Virus record (IMG/VR): IMGVR_UViG_2663763475_000011
Length of the DNA stretch: 20,000 bases
Origin: an uncultured virus (IMG/VR IMGVR_UViG_2663763475_000011)
Taxonomy: Duplodnaviria; Heunggongvirae; Uroviricota; Caudoviricetes
Reading direction: 5' to 3' (one strand)
The position numbers and the translations under genes were made by a program. Position 1 is the stretch's first letter, and each line of letters begins with the position of its first letter. Positions 14,702 to 20,000 of the stretch are shown piece after piece. The notes under the pieces were generated by a model that was not told the origin of the DNA, ran no database searches, and saw only the letters and a list, made by a program, of their open reading frames with translations.

Positions 14702-17164
14702 TTAATCCTCCCAGCCCATTTTGCTGCGGTTCTGCGCCTGCCGGTTGCGCTGCTCTTTTTCCCTGTGTTGCGCCATCAGCGCCAGCGCATCGTCTTTGCT
14801 CATGCCGTCGTGCATGTTGATTTCATACTGGTAGGTATTTTGGCTGCGGTCGGTATACCCGCCCCCGGCAGACGGCGAAGGAACCGGCTTGTACGAGCCG
14901 CCGCCGTAAGCAAAGTTATACTGCTGCCCGCCGGTATCGACGCCCGCGCCGCCTGTCGCCATCGGATCCGAGGATTTTACTTTGTCTTTCAGGCCGTCGG
15001 ATTTAGTGTCGATGATGCCGAGCTTTTCCAGTACCCAGTCGATACCGCTGCGTAGCTGGCTCAGCGCCTCACCGGGTATTTTCAGCGCCTGCGCCAGCAT
15101 GTTGCCAAACTTCTTACCCATCTCACCGGCAGACGCCAGCTCAGACTGCGTGGATTTCACCGGCTCCAGCAGTTTACCGAACCAATCCCACAGCTCTTTG
15201 AGCTTATTGCCCACCCATTCAAAGACGGGCTTTAACGGGCTGAATGCATCCCCTATCGGCCCCATCGCGGCGCTGAACCCCTCAGCAACGCCAGCGATAA
15301 AGGCTTTGATTGGCTCCCAGTATTTCCGTACAAGAAGCGCCCCGGCCACAATTGCCGCCCCAACGGCGACTATTGGCAGCGAGATGGCGCCGAACGCTGT
15401 TGCGATGGCTCCGCCCGCAATGCTGAATGCCGTACCGAGAAAACCCGCCCCGGCAACAAGCAGGTTAACGGCCGTAATAACCGGCCAGGCAACAAGCCCG
15501 ATGGCGCCCAGCGCGCCTACGATAATCATTCCAGCTGCGGCGATTTTGGCTATGCCACTTGATAGATTTGGATTGGCCTGCACCCACTTATCTATCTGCA
15601 GCAGAAAGTTTGTGGTGTCCTGCGTAAGCGTGCGCAGGCTGTTGTCCATCTGGTCAAAGATATCAGTGCCGAGCGCCTCATAAGCTGACTGCAGCTCTTT
15701 GAAATCGCCGCCGAGGTTGTCCTGCTGCACGTCAACCAGTTTTCCCGTGCTGCCGTCGGATCCCTGAAACGTCTTTGTCAGCTTATCCAGTTCACCATTG
15801 GCCGCGTTTTTCATCAGGGTGACGGCGGACGATGCCGCCTCTTCCCCGAAGATGGTTTTCAGGTATTCCGCCTGCTGCGCCGTGCCGAGTTTGTTTTTCT
15901 CAAAGGATTTCTGCAGCTCCTTCAGGATAGTGAAGAAGGGGCGCATGTTGCCTTTGCTGTCGGCGGTTTTGACGCCCAGCTCCTTGATGGCTTTGAAAGC
16001 TTCGCCGGTTGGCGCCTGTACGCGCAGCAGCATTGCGCGTACCCCCGTTCCGGCCATGCTGCCCGTTGTGCCTTCTTTTGCGAGCGCCCCGATCATGGCC
16101 GTCGTCTGCTCGACACTGACGCCAGCGTTTTTCGCAACCGGCGCGATGTAGGTCAGCGCATCGTTTAGCCCGTCAAAGTCGGCGGCGGTTTTGTTAAGCG
16201 TGGCGGAAATCACATCGCCCAGGTGGGCAACCTGACTGTTAGCCAGCCCGAAAGCGTTTTTCGTGCTCATCAGCAGCTTGGCGCTTTCTTCCATCGTGCG
16301 GTTATTGGCAAGCGACATATTCAACGTAACCGGCGTCGCCGCCTTGATGTCGTCAACGCTCCCGCCGGATTTGGCGATGATGATTTGCGCTTGCGCGGCG
16401 TCGTTCGCCGAGGCGGCGGTGTTGTCGCCGATGCTGCGCGCCTGGGTTCGCAGGGACTGGAACTCAGGCGAATTTTTATCAAGGCCGAGGGTTGCCTGCA
16501 GTGTGGAGTTTGCCAGGGCGAAGTCATAACCGGGGCGCAGCACTGTTGACGCGGCCACGGCGCCAACCGTAGCCGCTCCGACACCGGCAGCGCCCGCGTT
16601 GCGCACTCTGGCGGACAGCTCCTGCCCTTTGCGGTAGCGCTCGCTGGTCAGGTTCAGCCGCTCCTGCTGCGCGTTCAGGCGTTGCAGTTCCTGCTTCTGG
16701 CGGCTCAGGCTGACGGTAGCCTGCGCCGACGCGGTTTTAAGCCGCTGCTGCTCGCTGCTCAGGCTGCGCGTGGAAATCCCTGCGGCCGTCAGCGCCTCCC
16801 GCTGCTGCTGCACCGACAAGCGCAACGCATTGGATTTGGTCTGCAGCTCAGCGGCTGCCTGCCGGGCCTTCTCCAGCGCGCGGGCCTGCTGCGTAGTTGG
16901 CCGCTCGGCACTCTTGAACGCCAAGGCCAGTGCTGCCGCCTCGGCCTTTGCATCCTTGAGATTTTGCTGCGTGACGGCCAGCTGCGCGCTGGCTTTGCGG
17001 AAACCGTCAATTTTGCCCGCCTGCGCGTCCAGCTCCTTGATGGTTGACTGTGTCTGGCGTATGTCAGACGACAGATTTTTGGCGGCGGTTTGTACGGCTT
17101 TAAAGGGGCGCGAGGCTTTGTCTACCGCATTCAGCAGCACCTGCACCTTGAGGTTATTGCTCAT
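14702..17164 (-). CDS. T: Tail tape measure protein, P2 gpT (TP901 family)
   Basis: 820 aa, Ala-rich coiled coil; AVDKASRPF, DNLGGD, KYWEPIKAF. Confidence 0.94.
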   Translation of the reverse strand: MSNNLKVQVLLNAVDKASRPFKAVQTAAKNLSSDIRQTQSTIKELDAQAGKIDGFRKASAQLAVTQQNLKDAKAEAAALALAFKSAERPTTQQARALEKARQAAAELQTKSNALRLSVQQQREALTAAGISTRSLSSEQQRLKTASAQATVSLSRQKQELQRLNAQQERLNLTSERYRKGQELSARVRNAGAAGVGAATVGAVAASTVLRPGYDFALANSTLQATLGLDKNSPEFQSLRTQARSIGDNTAASANDAAQAQIIIAKSGGSVDDIKAATPVTLNMSLANNRTMEESAKLLMSTKNAFGLANSQVAHLGDVISATLNKTAADFDGLNDALTYIAPVAKNAGVSVEQTTAMIGALAKEGTTGSMAGTGVRAMLLRVQAPTGEAFKAIKELGVKTADSKGNMRPFFTILKELQKSFEKNKLGTAQQAEYLKTIFGEEAASSAVTLMKNAANGELDKLTKTFQGSDGSTGKLVDVQQDNLGGDFKELQSAYEALGTDIFDQMDNSLRTLTQDTTNFLLQIDKWVQANPNLSSGIAKIAAAGMIIVGALGAIGLVAWPVITAVNLLVAGAGFLGTAFSIAGGAIATAFGAISLPIVAVGAAIVAGALLVRKYWEPIKAFIAGVAEGFSAAMGPIGDAFSPLKPVFEWVGNKLKELWDWFGKLLEPVKSTQSELASAGEMGKKFGNMLAQALKIPGEALSQLRSGIDWVLEKLGIIDTKSDGLKDKVKSSDPMATGGAGVDTGGQQYNFAYGGGSYKPVPSPSAGGGYTDRSQNTYQYEINMHDGMSKDDALALMAQHREKEQRNRQAQNRSKMGWED

Positions 17165-17339
17165 CCGGGTTTGCTCCGCTGCGGATAAAGGCTTTATGCC
17201 GCCAGTCCATCAGCTCGGCCAGCGGCATGTCGTACATCTCGGAGGGTTGCCAGTGGAATATCGTGGCGATGTCGGCCATCAGGTCATTAACCGTCAGGCC
17301 GTGCGGCCAGTCTATTCGTCCGACTTCGACTGCAAAAAA
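17154..17339 (-). CDS. E': gpE' extension expressed by -1 frameshift (E+E')
   Basis: Slippery TTTTTTG at 17333-17339 near the end of E; the -1 frame reads ...LMADIATIFHWQPSEMYDMPLAELMDWRHKA...DEQ* and overlaps the T start. Confidence 0.85.
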   Translation of the reverse strand, partial: FFAVEVGRIDWPHGLTVNDLMADIATIFHWQPSEMYDMPLAELMDWRHKAFIRSGANPDEQ

Positions 17340-17590
17340 CCGATCACCTTGCCGCCCAGCACAATTAGGTCAACCGGATCGAGGGCGTTACACTCGCTCT
17401 TTGTCAGCGCTGGCAGGGTGATGCGCGGCAGCACGGTCAGCAGGGCGTCTACGTCCGACTGGCATAGATCAGCCAGGCGTACACCGCGCAGGCTTCCGGC
17501 CGTTGGCTTAATGACGTCAATCTGCTTGATTTCGGTTTCGCCGCGCTTCAGCGGGGTTTCCAGTACAACGGTGTTTTCGTTCTGTTCCAT
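17312..17590 (-). CDS. E: Tail assembly chaperone, P2 gpE
   Basis: PLKRGET, GSLRGVRL, VLPRIT motifs. Confidence 0.9.
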   Translation of the reverse strand: MEQNENTVVLETPLKRGETEIKQIDVIKPTAGSLRGVRLADLCQSDVDALLTVLPRITLPALTKSECNALDPVDLIVLGGKVIGFLQSKSDE

Positions 17591-17649
17591 GTTCGCTTTC
17601 TCTGTTCACTGTAGTCAGGTAATGCCAGCGCCGGGCGCCAGCGTCAGGG

Positions 17650-18159
17650 TTAAACCAGGCCGAGGTTCTTGCGGCGCTGCTCCAGTCGGTCGGTGCCGTT
17701 GACCTTTTCCACCATGTTGATGGTGTCAATCTCAATCAGCTCTTTGCCGTTAAAGGTCAGCTTGTAATAGGTGTTCTTTGAGGTGACTTTGATTTCCGTG
17801 TCCTCGCCCTGCTTGGCCTCACCAAAATCAAAGGTCTGGTGTTTCCCGCGCACCTCAATCTCTACCGCGATTTCCTCGCCGGTATCGTCGCGCTGGTAGG
17901 AGCCGGTAAAGCGCAGGGGAATGTCAGAGGCGCCCCACTGCGTGAGAACCAGCTCATCCATGCCGCCGATGCTCCACTCCATATCAAGCGCGTCATCTTC
18001 CAGACCGTTATCAATAAAGGCCGCGCCGCTCATGCCGCCCGCGCGGAACGGATCGAGCTTGCGCGCCAGCTTGGGCAGCGTGACGGCAGTCACGACGCCC
18101 TGATAGCTGTTGGCGTCGTTGAAAAGGTTCATGCCCTTTAGTTTGCGTGGCAGTGCCAT
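17650..18159 (-). CDS. FII: Major tail tube protein
   Basis: MALPRKLK.MNLF, RFTGSYQRDDTGE motifs. Confidence 0.95.
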   Translation of the reverse strand: MALPRKLKGMNLFNDANSYQGVVTAVTLPKLARKLDPFRAGGMSGAAFIDNGLEDDALDMEWSIGGMDELVLTQWGASDIPLRFTGSYQRDDTGEEIAVEIEVRGKHQTFDFGEAKQGEDTEIKVTSKNTYYKLTFNGKELIEIDTINMVEKVNGTDRLEQRRKNLGLV

Positions 18160-18171
18160 TTATCCAGATCC

Positions 18172-19341
18172 TCAACTGTTAACGGACGCGGCGAAGTTCG
18201 CCAGATAGGTGTCGGTGATGCGCTGGCGAAGGGTCAAATCTTCAAGCGGTGGGACCGGCGTATAGTCGTAGTCGATAAAGAGTTTGCCCGCCTTCAGGCT
18301 GTCTGTGTCGTTGGCGCTCTCGTCGTACCAGCAGGAGGCGCCCAGCAGATAACCGGCGCTGACCATCTCGCGGAATTTGGCGTTGATGCCTGCGATAATT
18401 TCGGTCACAAGAATCGGCGTCAGCGGCTTGTCTACCGCCCACATGTGCCCCTCTGCCATCGTGTCGGCCAGCACCTGCGCGGTGCGGGTGTAGTTCTCAA
18501 ACTGGAACAGCGGGTCATCGCTGCAGGTGCGGTTGCCCCAGAAGCGGAAACCGTCTTTACGGATCAGCGTGGTGACGTCCGCCTCGTTGAGCAGGTCAGC
18601 GTCGGTGCCGGTCTGCTGCAGATCCCAGAATACCGACGCGGAGATGCCGGTCACGCCGTTAACGCCCACATTGGACAGGGTTTTATGCCAGCCCGTGTCG
18701 TTGTCGATTTTGGCGCGCAGGCCCAGCGCGCGAGCGGTCGCGTATGCGGTATCGGATTTGCTGGTCGTGGTGTTCCAGGCGAGAAAGTCCGGCCAGATCA
18801 CCATGACTTCACGCTGGCTGAAATTCTGACGGTACAGGCGGGCCTCGGAAATGGTTTTGCAGCCCCATGCTGAGACATAGGCAAAGGCGCGCAGCTGCTG
18901 CGCGATGCTCGCCAGCGCGGTTGCCACTTCCAGTGAATCCAGCCCCGGCACGCCGAGAATGCGCGGCTTGACGTCAAGCTGGGTCTGCGCAGCAAGCAGC
19001 GCTTTCATGCCGGTATACTGGCCGTTTTCATCCGTGCCGCCGATGATATTGGAAATGGTTTCGGCCTCGTCGGTGCCTTCGGCCACGCGAACTACGACGG
19101 TGACGGGCTTAGACTGATCGGCGATAGCCTGTAGCGCGGCGGCGAGCGTGCCTTTCTTGCCAGCCTTGCCGACGGCGCCCTGCACGTTGGTGATCAGCAC
19201 GGGCGTGTTAAGCGGGAAGGTTGCCGCGTCCGCATCCTGCGCGGTGCAGACCATGCCCACGATTGCGGTTGATACGGTGGAGATGGTGCGCGTGCCGTCG
19301 TTGACTTCGACGACGCGGACACCGTGATGATAATCTGCCAT
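18172..19341 (-). CDS. FI: Contractile tail sheath protein
   Basis: [36 protein letters not shown]. Start moved to ATG 19341 (AGGAG upstream). Confidence 0.96.
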   Translation of the reverse strand: MADYHHGVRVVEVNDGTRTISTVSTAIVGMVCTAQDADAATFPLNTPVLITNVQGAVGKAGKKGTLAAALQAIADQSKPVTVVVRVAEGTDEAETISNIIGGTDENGQYTGMKALLAAQTQLDVKPRILGVPGLDSLEVATALASIAQQLRAFAYVSAWGCKTISEARLYRQNFSQREVMVIWPDFLAWNTTTSKSDTAYATARALGLRAKIDNDTGWHKTLSNVGVNGVTGISASVFWDLQQTGTDADLLNEADVTTLIRKDGFRFWGNRTCSDDPLFQFENYTRTAQVLADTMAEGHMWAVDKPLTPILVTEIIAGINAKFREMVSAGYLLGASCWYDESANDTDSLKAGKLFIDYDYTPVPPLEDLTLRQRITDTYLANFAASVNS

Positions 19342-19421
19342 CTGTTGCACTCCTGATTAAAGGTGTGCTCAGAGTGTCAGGTCAGGCAGGGCTTCGCATT
19401 TTGTCATGGCCCGCTGGTATA

Positions 19422-20000
19422 TCAGCAAACAGATTCACGCAGGCTGCGCTGCCGCTTCGCCGGGATATAGCGATAGAGCGTTTTTACAGATACTTCAAGA
19501 ACAAGAGACACCTGCTGCAGCGTCGCCCCTTTGGCGATCATTCTTTCAGCTTTGGCTATCACTTCGCCGGTCATAATCCGGCGCCTACCTCCAATTCTTC
19601 CATGTTCTCGCGCTGCGGCCAGCCCGGCGCGGGTGCGCTCCACTATTAATTCACGCTCCATTTCTGCCAGGGCGCCCATGATGTGGAAGAAGAAACGCCC
19701 CATTGGCGTGATGGTATCAATGCTGTCGGTGAGGCTGCGAAAGTTAATTCCTCGCGCCCTCAGTTCCTCGGTCAGCATTACAAGATTCCGCATGCTACGA
19801 CCGAGCCGATCCAGCTTCCACACAACCAACGTGTCGCCCGGCTGCAGGCAGCGCAGCGCTTTCTTTAGCCCCGGCCGATCTGTGCTTTTGCCGCTTTTCC
19901 TGTCCTCGAAAATCAGCTCACAATCTGCGCTCTGCAACGCTAACCGCTGTAAATCCGTATTCTGGTCATTTGTTGACACCCTGATGTAACCGATTAGCAC
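19422..20000 (-). CDS. Serine recombinase, DNA invertase of Gin/Pin/Hin type
   Basis: GYIRVST catalytic motif, VWKLDRLGRS, AEMERELIVERT, C-terminal HTH; GTG at the window edge. Confidence 0.92.
   Translation of the reverse strand: MLIGYIRVSTNDQNTDLQRLALQSADCELIFEDRKSGKSTDRPGLKKALRCLQPGDTLVVWKLDRLGRSMRNLVMLTEELRARGINFRSLTDSIDTITPMGRFFFHIMGALAEMERELIVERTRAGLAAAREHGRIGGRRRIMTGEVIAKAERMIAKGATLQQVSLVLEVSVKTLYRYIPAKRQRSLRESVC

Noticed and set aside
19355..19421. Ogr-dependent late promoter pF
   Set aside because: Expected here by synteny, but the best TGT-N12-ACA match has two mismatches.
1..20000. CRISPR array, IS element, retron or reverse transcriptase
   Set aside because: No repeat-spacer array, transposase or RT motifs seen.

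Overview
The whole window is a P2-family temperate phage of the 186/PSP3/Fels-2 type from an enterobacterium; no host chromosomal genes are visible. Order: terminase (3' part) > portal > convergent AT-richer 3-gene cargo operon > cos > SOS-controlled tum/dinI operon > rolling-circle rep A (with ori) > Dam and early genes > cII/apl/cI switch > integrase > intact attP-like junction (3' half of tRNA-Ile2) > secreted moron > ogr, D, U, tape measure, E/E', tube, sheath > DNA invertase. Both cos and the int-att-ogr junction are contiguous, so this is a circular/excised genome or a tandem prophage junction. The main candidate for an undescribed system is the operon between portal and cos (TIGR04255-like protein, Xre-HTH protein, PemK/MazF-like protein), which looks like a toxin-antitoxin-chaperone-type anti-phage module. 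Other highlights: a small gene ending in a beta-clamp-type motif (QLPLF) behind a structured spacer in the SOS operon, and identical decamers shared by the switch and att (predicted Apl sites). Family assignments come from motif recognition, not database searches.
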